This document shows, one piece after another, positions 28,101-41,969 of a DNA stretch of 64,000 bases. Positions within the stretch are counted from its first letter, which is position 1. Every line of letters starts with the position of its first letter. Source of the stretch: Ruditapes philippinarum (lineage: Eukaryota); NCBI RefSeq assembly GCF_026571515.1, contig NW_026863663.1, positions 1 through 64,000 on the forward strand. The letters run 5' to 3'. The translations under genes were made by a program, and so were the position numbers. The notes under the pieces were generated by a model. The model was given only the letters and a program-made list of their open reading frames with translations. It did not search any database and had not been told where the DNA came from.

Positions 28101-30854
28101 ATTGCTAGAGCAAAATTGTCAAAATATATTGCAAGAATATAGAGGTAATTCCATCTTTACAATAATTTAGTTTTTTACAAATGATGTTTTGTCGGTCTTG
28201 TTTAGAACAAAGAAAAAATTAAATGAAAATAAATTGTACTTGGTATGTAATATAAGACACTTCCATGACCATATAATTTTGTATGATGTCAAGATAATTT
28301 AAATCAGTGAAGTTTATATAACAAGAAATACGTTATTGTCTGCCACGTAATTTAATCGTAAATGTGTGTTAAATAATAATCTATTTAGACAATAGACAGG
28401 AAAATATTATATTACCAGGCACGAGTATCTAGTTTTAATGCTTTGTCAATTTACTATGTTTTTGCATTCATTATCCAAAACGATAACAATTTTGAATAAA
28501 ATTGGTAACTTATTTATTTTAAATATACTTGTTTGTCCCTTAATTATATTGTAATAGTTTTTTTGTTTGACGTAACAGGTTTATTGTTATAATATGATTG
28601 TCGATTGAAAGTACTGATTTAATTTAATATCATCAACGAATATACAATATTACAATTATAAAATATTACAATATGTTTAAGTTGCAAACGCCTTGTACAG
28701 AGCGATATCTTATGTATTTCTCCAATGATATTAGTTTTCTTGATCATTCTAGCATGAAGTACAATTATCAACACTATTAAATATGTGCTGGCACATAAAT
28801 TGAGGCTTTTTAAACTTTATATATTCAACGCTACAACTGCAATATAAAGTACCATAGATGAGCAAAGTAACACAGTCCCGATACACCTATTATTTCTTCC
28901 GTTCCTATGAAAATGTCTTATGTAATTGACAAGGCTATATCGTCTATCATCTTCAAAAACCAATAACAACACAAAGAGGGTATATTTTACGACGCTGCTG
29001 CACGAACAATTTCTGCACTTCAATTCTCTCATCACAATGCCAAATACCAGCAGAAATCATAGCATGCCAGACAAGCAATTAATTTCTAGGTGCTTTATCG
29101 TCTTTTATCAATTTAGGGGAAATTTGTAACGCTGGTAATTCGTCAGATGTTGATATGTTTTACATGTTTGCTAACCTTTCGATCTATTACCCTTGAGATA
29201 CTCCGTGTTTAAATATTTCTGATGCATTAAACAAATGTGCAAAATTTTATCAAAAGGAAAGTATTAAACACAGTACCAGCAAATATTAAAGATCAAAATA
29301 ATCAGAAACCAATGAAGAACGTGTTCAAATGATGACACAGTTGTTTGCTCCGTTAATTTGCCGCAGCTCTATAAATGTGCATGTTATCATTATTTTGTGC
29401 AGTTCACAGAACAGTGCAAAATCCATTGGATCAAACAAAAGACAATATTGGAACAGCACCTCTCCGTTAATTTAAAACAAAGTCGCAAATAAACTGTTTA
29501 CACCGCAAGGCAATTGCAACAAAATATAATTGGATAGTTTTTGTTTCAACATGCTCTTAAGTTAATAGCGTGTATCGTAAATTGATTTCCGGTCGTTGTA
29601 CAAAAGACTGCTGATTGCTGGAGAACACACATGCCGCTGACAATGCTGGTAATAAAACGGGATAACATCATGTATTCAATCGATCCGTAACAATTTACAA
29701 GATTGTTATGCACACGTACGGAACAAAAATTAATCATAAAGAATCTAGATAGATACTTTTTATCGGGAATATTTCTCTGCTTCTTGTGCTTCAAAAGCAT
29801 GACTGAGGAGTGTAGAATATATAACGTCTCGAATACATAGTGGCAATTTGGACCGAGAAAAAATATTTGATATTAGATGTCTAGACACTATCGGAGACTT
29901 AGAAGAAGATTAAACGGACTTTCAGCAAATTAGACTTAAACAATAACCAGCAACCTTTGATCTGTTCCGGCCGGTGATGAGCAAACATTTAGTCCATAAT
30001 AAGAATCCGATGGTCAAAATTCTTTTTTAATCTGAATCTGACGAAAGAATTAATTAAGTGGTGCTAATAATTATTTGGCTTACTTCTGTTGTTTTCAAGT
30101 TGTTTTCAACTCTGCGATTGTTTCAAGATCCGGCATGATATTGTGTCTTCAATGTAAATTATCTACGACTGCTTTCCTTGTTTTAGATTTTCTTGCATTT
30201 CACTGTTATTCTATACGCTAAACCCCGCTGTGAGTCTAGCTCACAAAGCAATATTCAAAACATGTAATTTATTTATAGAACTAATCTGCAATCCGTTTCA
30301 GCTCTGACAAGAGCCAATTATTCTTACGCTCTATTTTATCTTTAGGAGTACAGGTCTGTTTTAGATTTATTGGAAGACTCTCAGATAAAATTATTTACAT
30401 TGTATTGCTGTCAACAAAACACGGTATATCCAGAGTGTCTCTTAGGATAATTACATTTGTACAATCAATATACAAAGCCCTAGAAATTGGAACTGTAATG
30501 CAGAAGATGTATCGTTTCATAATGAGATACTAAACCAATTTATGGCCCATATTCCTGAGAAAATATAATTCATTTACATTAAGGCATTGTTTTATTGTAC
30601 ACGACTAATGAAGCATGATAAAGCTAATAAACATCAAACAAGTCTCAATTTAGCGGATATGTGATTTAGTTGTGAAGGTAAGCGAATGTCCAAATATCAA
30701 AGAATTAGTCTTCGGAGTGATTGATTTTCAGTGTAATGTATTTCTTCGCAATATTTCTTTATCATATATTTCTGGTCAGTGTCTTTGGAATAATCTTTTA
30801 GTCCATTGATTTACTTTGGATTATTTGATATAAGCAAGATATCCCGTATGTTTA

Positions 30855-30920
30855 AAGAAGGTCGGTAGCTCTACTTAGGTGCCCGATCATGTCTTTAATA
30901 ATGCACAGAGGTACACATGT
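30855..30920 (+). mobile_element. SINE family A core fragment
   Basis: gaaggtcggtagctctacttaggtgcccg...aataatgcacagaggtacac resembles the core of the other copies. Confidence 0.5.
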
Positions 30921-31782
30921 TGTCTCTATCGTGTCGGCGTTTCATAAACTCCAACGAAAACAAATCAAAGATAAAAAAAAACATTGTTCAAGCAAACAAA
31001 ACAAACTATATGGATATAACGTATCTTTATTTATATGCGTATTCAGTCTATTTAAAGTGAATAAATACTTAGTTACTATCTGCATTTGACATTGTCATGA
31101 GCAGTTGTTATTTCAGGCGGCTTCCTGTGTCATATCGTTGCCTGCTTTATATAGAACATGTAGTGTCACAAAAAAACCGCATTTAGTGGTAATGATAGGT
31201 GCGCTAAATAATGTCGAATTCCTAGTAACATAAAAAAGATATACACTCGTATAATGTTATTAATGTACGATAATTATAAACACCCCTTGTGGTTGAGGAT
31301 TGCCGTCACCGTGATCGAATAACTGAAGTCTATCCATCTCATTGCTCCGGTAGGTGAAATGGTTTTGACCCCTGTAACACCCGAGGTAAACAAAATCATC
31401 TTTCGTGTGTCGGCGCCATATGACCTATACTGCGTTAGAAACCACAAACAGACACGATGTTTATAAATTCTACTCATACATCATGCTTTTGTGTGTATCT
31501 CAAGCGTACATTCCTGTAATCGCAATGCAATTAATAGCAAGGTAATATAGCATGAAACACTTTAGTGCACGTGTGTACGATTAGATCAATATTATTATAG
31601 CCGTAGTATGTTTGGCGGTATTAAGATAAAATACATATACCGTTTTTATCATATCTTTTAATCAAGTCGATAAATGAGTTTAACTCCTTAAGTTCTTCTT
31701 AATTGTCGGACTCATTATGATATCTTTCATTTATTTAGGTCAAGTACCTTCCGTGCCAAGTAATTATACACCGCTCATGATT

Positions 31783-31911
31783 NNNNNNNNNNNNNNNNNN
31801 NNNNNNNNNNNNNNNNNNNNNNNNNNNNNNNNNNNNNNNNNNNNNNNNNNNNNNNNNNNNNNNNNNNNNNNNNNNNNNNNNNNNNNNNNNNNNNNNNNNN
31901 NNNNNNNNNNN
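31783..31911. other. Assembly gap (129 N)
   Basis: Run of N. Confidence 1.
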
Positions 31912-34038
31912 TAAGCATATCATATCAGTGTATCTTTTCAAATATTACATATGCGTTTGACATTCGATTTCAGATTACTTAAAACAAACAAAAAAAACAT
32001 TTGCCAGAATGCACTTAACATTTATAAAACCTTTTGATGGATGCCTTTTTGAGTAAGCACAGTACATTTCAAGCAAATACCTGCGTACCATTCATTAAAT
32101 ATTTCTTGGTAATTTTGGCGATATTTCACGACCTTTATCATATAGATTTTGGCAGTTCTTCATCTCAGTTTGCTTCTTTTCTATAGCTTAACCATGTGTT
32201 CTATTGCCTTTGATAAAGCCAAAATGTTATTTGAGTTTATGTCGCTCTTGTATCGCTGTTGTATCATATAACATAAAGCAGTTAAAGGCTTTAATTGATT
32301 ATTGAAAAAACGAAGATTTATGTTAATAATAGTCATATAAGCCTTAAATTTATACAACTGGCACATCTGTATATTAAAAGGAGGAATGGGGAGGTATTGA
32401 AACGAGTAAGTATGCACGTTACATAGGGCATGGTGAAAATTGCAGTGATTGTCTTTTCGTCATCTCTTCCATTATTCGTGTCACTCAGTTAATCACCATT
32501 ATCATCGTTACCGTAATCTCACAAATCTATATGTATCAGATGCCAGGGAAATATTTCTAGCAACTAATGATTCTTTATTACCAATCAATCAAACATAATA
32601 GCGATTTCAGGTTTTCTAGTGAGGCAATTAACTTACATTGACAGATCCTTTGCTATAAATATGTTTTCTAACACCTTTAGATAGAGGTAAAATTGCATAA
32701 TGTGACTAGTAAATCTATTAGCAATACATGCTGGCAAAGCGTAACAAATACTGTCATCTAATTAGTACTTGCTCCTAGTAATTAGGTTGCAAAACATTTA
32801 CTTGTAAAACAACAATGTTTTATTAGCTGCAGACATGCTTGGCATACATATGACTGTGTTTTGGTATTGGTAAGATGTTTTTTGGATGCTTTACCTAACA
32901 GAAGATAAAACCTTTAAACAAACAAAAATAATATGTACTTATACATGAATTATCAAAGCAACATTGTCTATCTGTGTTTGTAAGGTACAAGTAAAAAGCC
33001 GAACATCACGTGATAGTTCCAAAACCAGCATTTTATATACAATTTATGCTTGTATATTGACATATCTACCTGAAAGTCTATGCTTTTACATGTGGAAAGA
33101 CAATGTTATAAATGTTCGCGCATATTAAATTCCGCTTGCAAAAGGACAATAGCATCATTAATTATTTCTCGTTCTTGTTTTTGCGTGTTATCAAAGTAGT
33201 ACACTTCTGTCATTCTCACGGCATTCAAAAACAGTAATGACAAAACCACACGTTCGTGTTATATCATACAGCAAACACCTGCCTTTCATTTCAACTCTCA
33301 CAGGAATTACTTGTGAAGTACTCATTATACCAGGCGAGCTGGAAAACGTGTACAGAATAGCTCTTTAAAGATCTTGTCAGTGAGAGTTTCACATGCTTCG
33401 CTGCGTCCCATATTTTCTTTATCTGTTGCGATAAAGCGAGCGAGATCATTTCATGATCAATCGTTCATTCATTGTAGCATATATCATCGGCAAACATACT
33501 TGTGAGAGATTTATTACAAGACTGAAGCATTTCTTTGATATAACTGCAAATTGCCTCTTACTCGGCAACAATAAGTGTAGCCGCTTTTTTCATGAATAGA
33601 CCAGTGCTGATAGTGATAATTTTGATTGGCAGATTTCCATTAGCCAGAAAAGGCTGATAACACTGTAACAATGTAAGGATACATTAAAAATTATTACATA
33701 GATAATACACGTAGAGCTGCTGAGACAATTGATTACACAGTAAGTTTTTGATATCCTTTTAACTCTCTGAAAAATGTCAGTTAATATATTGGTGACTGTT
33801 ATGAATTTCTAGAAAAAAGTAAGGAAAATATTATTTTGTTCCACATTACATGAATGAATTGCATTAACAATCCTAGGTATTGTTGAAAACTCATTGTTTT
33901 ACATGCCAGATTAAGTAATTGGACCCCATCCTTGTTTGTACGTGACTGCTGGGGAAAAATAATGTTATGCTTAATTAAAGAGGTGACACTTTCTATATTT
34001 TTATCTGATATCGAGTTGTAAGAGCCGATTTGCAGTTA

Positions 34039-34097
34039 TATGGGTAAGAGTTCGATAAGACTCCCTACGGTCGTCTTAATACGAACTCTTACCCATA
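34039..34097. repeat. 59-bp hairpin or micro-MITE with TA ends
   Basis: tatgggtaagagttcg ... cgaactcttacccata is a perfect 16-bp inverted repeat, extended by taagac/gtctta. Confidence 0.75.
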
Positions 34098-36049
34098 CTT
34101 ATTTTACTCGTATAAAAACAGACCGCCTATGAATATTTATAAGGGATTTCATTGGTCTGGAGTGATAGTGAATCCTCATTTTAAGACGCGACATGCTAAT
34201 CATCGGTGTATTACACCATAGGGATAAGGATGTTTGACTAATGCCGTTTGAATATTTTAGTTTTAAGCATTTTATTGACAATAAAATAAATGATTAAAAT
34301 GCATTACAATACATTTTAAGGCGAAAGTCGGAATGACTAAATGTAGATTAGAATTTATTGCAAAATCAAAAGTTAAAATTATTACTCTTTTGAAAGGCAA
34401 TACATTACCTCTTTATGTCGCCATTTTTGTGTGTTTTTATTTTGTTGGAGCCCAACAATCAAAATTAAAGCGCGCAACAATATAGTTCGGTGCCAATCAA
34501 GTATTTCAGGGCAAAAACTTCCAGTGATATTTGAAAATAATATTTTTATTTCTTCATAAAAAATATACTTATATGTTTGTCAACGTTTTTGGATCATCCG
34601 ATTATGTCATTTTTAGTTTTGTACAAATGTTATATTCAACACAAACATTGTTCTCTCTCAGATTTTTTATCATAAAAGTCCATAATCTATCTTTCTAAAG
34701 CCGTTGAAAAACATGAAAAAATGAACTCATTTTCTTATTGGTACATCTTAAGAGCATGTACTACATTGTACGTTCAAAAGCAGAATTATAGATGTTTACA
34801 GATCCCTTTTAAACGGCAAAAATGTTTTCATTATTTTTGTCAAACACCCATGCGAAATATAAGCTTAAGGAGCTTTCAGTTCAGTCCTCCAAAATTTGAA
34901 CTCTTGTCCAATTAAGATTGGAAAGTCATGAAGATTACCTTTTCAGGTATGTAACCTGAGTTGTTTGTTTGATAACGTCAATATTTCTGTTCAAGTTATA
35001 ACTAACAAAGAAACAAATATATCTTTTTTTAGATATGACATGGCTAGTTTCAAAGGATTTAAGGAAAAAATCATATTTTTTTAATTAATCAGAATATGGT
35101 TAATACCAAATCTCAGTCTAAATGCATAAGGCCAAAGCCATCAAAGAAATAAAATGATTGTTGTTTAACCACTGTTAATTGATCAATTTCCTTCAACGAT
35201 AATATCTTTATTGATATCCATCTGTTCTTTTGTCATAACTATGAGTTTTAATTAATTAGTTTTCACTTTATGATAAGGAATAATGAAAACATCTCTTTAT
35301 AGAAAGTTAGCAAGTTACACGAATGCCAATAATTCCTATTGTCTTGATGAACTACTGCCTATGTTTCTTGTTCCTAAAAACTTTTCTGATTCAGTAATTA
35401 ATTCTTGATTGTTTTAAATATCAAAGACACTTCAAGGCAGATCATTTTTGTGTCAGAAGCCAACATACTATTTAATTACATGTGTACACGAATGAACTAG
35501 AGCACAACTGAATGTGTAGCCGTCAAACAGATGATGTTGCTGGCATATCGACATTGGAATAATCACGGGCCTATGAAAGAGAATTCCATGTGGAAAATTT
35601 CATCGATTTCACGTCTCTGAGAGATGTCTGAATAAATCATCAAGCATTGGGGGAAAGTTTTTTTTCTTGAGACCTTTAATGACAGATAATACATTATAAT
35701 CTAAACAGGATTTTTCTTGGACGACATGAAAGGCGGTTTTAATGTTGAGAAACGGTGTATTTAAGGTTGTTTATTATTCGTAATTTAACACCATAGAAAA
35801 CGAGTTAACCGGATCATGTTATTTGCATTTTAATATATTTTTGTTTTTTTTAGGTATTTTGCGTCATGACGAAGGTTAAATCAAAATATCATATCTTTAA
35901 AATATGTTTTTTGTCCCGGATGAAATAAATCAAATTTTATTGACGCCGCGATACACGTGAATTGGAGTAGATTCTACTGATTTAACATATCAAGTCTTAT
36001 TACGTAAACATGTCTTGTTACAACTTCTTGAGATTACATCAGACAGTAA

Positions 36050-36231
36050 TTAGGTTTACAAGTCTAACAGAGCGTGGATTCAAACCCCGTTAGGGACAAG
36101 CCGTTGTTTCCTTAAGTAAGAAACTTTACACTCATTGTTTAGTACTGGTTGGTGCAAGGAACGGATTCGATGGTGTTTCTATAAGCTTATAGCTTCCAAC
36201 ACAACCGAACTAAAATAAATTCGTATAAACT
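36050..36231 (+). mobile_element. CORE-type SINE, family B
   Basis: ggattcaaaccccg...gttgtttccttaagtaagaaactttacactcattgtttagtactggttggtgcaaggaacggattcga...ctataagcttatagcttcc; homologous to 18391-18579. Confidence 0.75.
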
Positions 36232-39200
36232 ATACCACAGTACTAACACTATTATGTAACAAGTGCTTAATTTTATTTTTCGTCTAATGATATATGTCTA
36301 GATATTTCCTTTTTCCTATGTAGGCTTACGTCTTATTTCATTAACAGTTTATGAAGCAAGTTAAACATATGTTACATATCTATGCCATGTTGTATTGCAC
36401 ACTTTGTTGTGAGTAGATACAAGTATACATTTAGGACGCTTATGTGGAGAGACCATACGTTACATACAATTATATTCGCATGACGGTAAGATTAATTGTT
36501 CGCTGCTGTTTTCGTTATGTAATCTTAATGTCAATAATGAATTCATTGAAATTTTTTTCACCTTTGATATTTGTGGTTAACCACGCAATTTCTCTTTACG
36601 GCTTGTTTTATTACCACTTTTATTATCAGCACATTCTATTGTTTTATTGTTCAAAAACAGACACATAATATTTTGAGAGAAATATCTTCTGAAATGGCAC
36701 CGCCATTTTAGTTTAATCTTCTGTATTATTTGAGAGGAAAATCAAGTATGAATAAGTAATTTCTTTTCGAGATACTTTAAGTAATCTAACCTCGCGTCGT
36801 GTGATATTTCAGCCGTTTGGAGTCCCCTGACATGTTGAGATCTCCACTTACAATTCACCATGACTTACATGAGTGGGATTAAGTATCGAATGGCGTAATT
36901 AATTTCATCGCATTCAAACTAATGATATCAATAGAACATGATGGAAAATCCCTTCCGTCGCTGTAATTCCCCGAGGTATCTAGCAAATATTTGCCGATAT
37001 AATAGATACAATAAACGGTGACAGACTTCGTGAAATTAATTGTATCGACAATATTCTCCTATCTTTTTTGGAATAAGTTATTAAAAGGAAAGTACATAAT
37101 CTAGTTATTTTGTCTAGTTATCAGTCTTTTAGGATAGCAGGCCTTTTTTCATTTTACCGAAATATGCTATTTCGTAAAAGGATGAAACGTCAGTTTGCAA
37201 TCGCCTTAATTAATAAATCAAAGAAAGTTATCGTATATGGTGACATGAATTATACATGTGTATTAACAGGAAACATTGAAAGAGTTATATAAATTGATTT
37301 TAAATGTATGACCTAATGTTAATAAAAATCGGGATTTGTAAGCATCGTAACCTGTTGTAACGCTTGATTGAGCATTAAAACAAAACATGTCAAAATATGA
37401 TTCTAAGTACAATAAATATGTGATTGTTTTTGGCGTCCGTATTTAAATATATTTGATATTTCTTAAATTATTAAATTTTAGTTTAATGCATTGCAAAAAT
37501 GTTGTTAAAATGCATACTTCATAATTGCATATTTCACCGAGCAAATCTATATTTTAACACAAGGAACTCCAACAAGTGCCTTGTTCCATATTAAAGATTT
37601 ACTCTTTTAGGTATTTACTAAATTAATATTCAGTCAGAAACTTTCTCTAGTTATATCCGCCATGCTATTATTTCTATGTATTTTCTACCTGTTTATGCTA
37701 TCGTTCACTTAAAGCTGTCAATAACTGAATTTATTTTTGGCTGAATAATTCCCAAGTTTTTACTCAATAAACCTGATATTTCCCTGTAACATTGGCAATA
37801 CATCATGACCTTTATAAGATAGACTTTAGCAATATTTAACCTAATCTCTCTTTCTCTTTCTCTCTCTCCCTCTCTCTTAATTATGTCTGTTGCCATAGAT
37901 TGAAAAAGATTTTTTTTTATTTTGATATTGCAGCTAAAATTAGAAAGTTAGTAAATTGCTATAGCCTGCTGATCTAAGTGTTACTAATTGCCAAATGGCT
38001 ATAGCTTAAGATGTTCGAATCTGACAAACATTTACATAACAGAAAAGATGTAGAAATCACGCCAACCAAAACATGGTTACATTGATATTACAAAAAACCT
38101 TGTCTTTATCATCACCTCCGTCGTACATGCCACTGAGTTAACCAACAGTTATCATCATTATGTAATCTTACACATACATCTATATGATGCCAGGCAATTG
38201 GAATATTGAAGCAAATGATAGTGCTTTGTCATCAATCAAACATCATAGAAAGTAATGATATGTTTTGTAGTTTCTAATGATGCAATTATCTTACATTAAC
38301 GACTCCTTCGTTATTATCATCTGTTTTAACACCTTTAGATAGAGCATAAAAGTGCATGATGTAACTTGCAAATCTGTTAGCATTTTTAATTACCAATAAC
38401 ACTGCATTTACAAGTACTTAACTGCGTACTATTTTATAATTATCTTTACGGAACATATACTTGGGAATGAACAATGTTTTATTAGTAGCAACTTTGCTCA
38501 ACAAGCAGCACATCACTGTGTCTAGGAATTGGCAAGATATTGCTTACATTAAAAAAGGTTATTCCTTTAATCATATGGATAAACTAGTGAGAAAATATAT
38601 AACCAAAGCAGACCTGTCAGTCTGTGTGTCTGTGTTTTGTGGTATATTCAAAAGCCTAGCTTTACTTGATATTCCTAAAGCAATATAATTACATGTATTA
38701 TATTCACTATTTGTCTTACACGACCATGTTATGTACAGATGCAAGACAACTTAAATATTATAATCTTAAATTGCTTTCAGTAACAATTACCATTTCATTA
38801 TCTTAATACCATACTTAATTGCAAAAGTACAAATATAAGGTATTCAATCACTCGTACTTGTTTCTTGTTTGCATTAATGATATATTGTAGTGCATATCTA
38901 GCATTCGAATGACATCCAAAAAAGGTAATAACAAAACCATACGATCACGCAAACACCTGCCTTTCAGGTTTTTGACATAACTGGGATGCAAATATTCCAT
39001 CCAGAGTAATGTAGCTTTTGATGTAGGTCTGGATGCACAATTTCAGATAATTCATTCGCTCGCTTATCTGGCTTCTTTAAATAATCGTTGTAATTATGCA
39101 AATTGATAAAAACAGTGAAAAGCGTTTAACTGAAAATGTATTGATTTGATTCTGACACTTTTAAAAATACTTTTTGTATATGTTGTACCTTTTAAAGTGC

Positions 39201-40189
39201 CAATTTCGAGCGGTGTAAGAATTTCAGAATTTATGGGTTTTTTAGGTTATGGATCCTTTAATTCACAGGAATGGAACTTTCTTGTCTTTAAAGTTTGATG
39301 GAAATTTTTGACTGATTATCTAATTGCTACATTAGGATAATTAGTAGATATGGTTGGCATAGTTTACACAAAAGAACACACTATTTTTTTAGCAGTCGTG
39401 CTATCTGTGAATAGAACAGGCGGGGTTAAAGTTTCCTTTCCGGAAAGTTCCATTAGCATTGACGGACTTTTGATATTAGACGAGCTGGAAAACATGCACG
39501 GAATAACACTTTTACGATATTGTCAATGAGAATTTGCCATGCTTCACTGCGGTCTATATTTTCTTGACTTGTTGCGATAACGCCATGATATTGAAAAATC
39601 CGCTCTTTCATGATCAATCGTTCATTCATTGCAGCATTTGAAAAATATACCCCCTCTGCCTGTGATTATTTGGTCTGTTGCTAAATGAATTGACCCTTCA
39701 CTGCCTGACAATTTCATCGATGGTGAACCTAATTTGTGAACTCTTTTTTACAAAGCCTAATTATTTCTTGATTCATTTCAACAATGTAGACACAGAGCCG
39801 AATCTTTTAGAACATTATTAGGATGATACTTATTTATCTAAAAAAAGAAAAGAATAATGATCATATAGATAGTTCAAACTTAAAAACTTCCCAATGTGCT
39901 TCATTGGAATAAAAATTCATGTCAAATCATGGCATCTTTTTACGGCATCGTCATAGAATTTTAATTCATGATACAGCTTGTTACATGGTGTTAATTGTTG
40001 TTGTTGTTGTTGTTGTTGTCTTTAAATATTTAGACAATATTCTCCTAAGTGCGGTGTATTACATTTTGTATTTTACTTTTTTCTTTGCCGTGTCAACATA
40101 AAGCTTTGTGCCTTTAATAATAATTTAAATGCGTATATTTTACGTTCTGAAAATAATGATTGTGTGTTTCCAGAACAACTTTAAAATTT

Positions 40190-40195
40190 CATCTG
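40190..40195. repeat. Left target-site duplication CATCTG
   Basis: Identical hexamer at 47859-47864, both directly abutting the inverted-repeat ends. Confidence 0.9.
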
Positions 40196-41969
40196 AGAAA
40201 GTATGGGCCCGCCGGTTTAGCCCCAAAAACTGCCCCGGGGCGCGGCCCCCAAATTTTGGGATTCAAATTTTTTAGAATAAACATAAATCGTTCTATTTTT
40301 GAGAAATGGGGATAAACCCTTTCCTTTTTTTTAAAGGAATGCATTATGTTCTTTTTTTAAAAATTCCCCCGGAAAAGTAAAACGGAGCTAAACTCGAAAT
40401 ACACGATTTAGGGTTGAATCGCGGACATTGGGGGTTAAAGGTCCTGGGCCCCTAAAAGGGAAGAAAAATTTAAACCCTTTTATGAAAATAAAAGGAAATT
40501 TTTGTAAATAGAAAACGTGCTTAAAAATTTTAATTTAAATAAAAAAATATTTTTGGGTTTTCAAAAAAAAATTTTTGATAAAAATATAACTCTTTTAAAC
40601 TTACCTACATTTAAAAAGGAAATGACTGTAAATTAGGAAAAGGGGTTTTTTGGGGTGACTGCGCTTTGGATCTATTTTTTAGTCGCGGAAATTTCACAAA
40701 CCACCAGGAAACTTTTTTAAATCACCCCCACGCGGGTGTCAATGAAAAAGAAAAAGGAAATTAAGTAAGTCGCCGCTCATCAAAGATTCACAATACCAAA
40801 GCGGAAACTATTTAAACCCAAAAACCCCTTTTAAATTTTCTTTAAACTAAAAAAATAATTTTTCTTTAAATTTCACAAAAAAAAATCTTTTAAACCCTTT
40901 TTCAAACGCGGGGAAACCGCCCAATTTACATCCCCAAACCTTAGCCCTAGTTTTTACATAACCTAGCGGAACTATGTTGAACAAAAACCCCCTTTATCCT
41001 TCGTTACAAAATATAGCTTTTAAATTAAATTTCTTTACCCTTTTAAAGGGCCAGGGGAACCATTAAGAAAAAAACTAAATTAACGGGGAAAAATTGCTAC
41101 GCATGCATTAACATATTTTAACACTTCATATATTGTACCGTTCCTTTTAAGTGCATGCTACGGTAAACTGATTTGCATATTTTTAAACACGGTTGCCCTT
41201 AGCAACTGGTCAAATGTTGTGATTTTTATGAACACTTCAGATTCTTATTTTTTATACAAAAATAAATTTTTTTAAATGAATACACTTATGTATAAGAAAG
41301 TTGTAAACTGATTTTAAATGAAAATTTATAATACATTTAAGCTATTAACCGGTTTTTTTATCGTTTGGGCAACCGTTTACGCTCAAAATTTTTGAGATAA
41401 AGTCGTTATAAGATAGAATAAACCGAAAGCTTTCGTTTTGACCCGGCTTCTCGATTCGATTTTCAGCCGTTTTTGAGTTATGACGCAAGAGCGATTTTAA
41501 ACCCTAAATTGCGAAAAGTCAATAAAAACGTTAGAAACTTTTTAAACCAATCGATTCGTCTCGTCGCGCTGATTAAGAAAATATATAGTTTTATGGGTTT
41601 ATCTTTTTACCGTTTTCGAGTAATTTCGAGTTTAAAGTCACCGGAAGTGACGTCACAGAAATTTCAAAATCGATTTCTTCGTTATTACTTGACCGAATAT
41701 ATACGTGTTTGGTATCGTTGGAAAGCATTTTACCACACCTGTTACCGGACGCTATTCAAAAAGCCATTGGACCGGAAACTGAAATCACTGAAGCGTAAAA
41801 AACGTGTTTTCTGTACCACGTCCCGGACCGAACTAAGGCGTGTTTGGTATCAAACGAAATGTCTTAAGCCGCCTCTTTATGAATACGGACTAAAATCGAA
41901 ATTAAAATCACTCATGCGTAAAAATCATTAAAATGAACTAAAAAAAGCTTACCCCCAGTCTTTACTCCT
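40196..41969 (+). repeat. Left terminal inverted repeat
   Basis: Reverse complement of 46201-47858. Near-identical from about 41100 to 41969 and recognisable but homopolymer-distorted over 40196-41100. The match ends at aagcttacccccagtctttactcct. Confidence 0.93.
41641..41656 (+). promoter_or_regulatory. Composite ETS-CRE motif CCGGAAGTGACGTCAC in the TIR (mirror copy at 46510-46525)
   Basis: Exact overlap of the ETS core CCGGAAGT and the CRE palindrome TGACGTCA; function untested. Confidence 0.45.

Larger units (their letters stand above)
32480..37560 (-). pseudogene. Decayed paralog array unit 1 (unknown protein family)
   Basis: Collinear conserved blocks shared with units 2-5. Minus-strand peptides REIDEIFHMEF, TDKENMGRSEACETLTDKIFKELF, MKGRCLLYD and CKLIASLE, with many stops and frameshifts. 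Boundaries approximate. Confidence 0.55.

Noticed and set aside
29921-29970. SKLDLNNNQQPLICS as an LRR-CT of a Toll-like receptor pseudogene
   Set aside because: A single short match among stops, with no further LRRs or convincing TIR domain.
35543-35613. Four-copy block read as an NF-kB/ATF enhancer, or as a ZU5-like PHGILFHRPV peptide
   Set aside because: The substitution pattern across copies favours the REIDEIF reading frame. The ZU5-like frame exists only in one copy and is flanked by stops.
41473-41931. 152-aa ORF in the left TIR (and 46316-46656 ORFs in the right TIR)
   Set aside because: Non-ATG or weak starts, no recognisable motif, and they lie in repeat modules.
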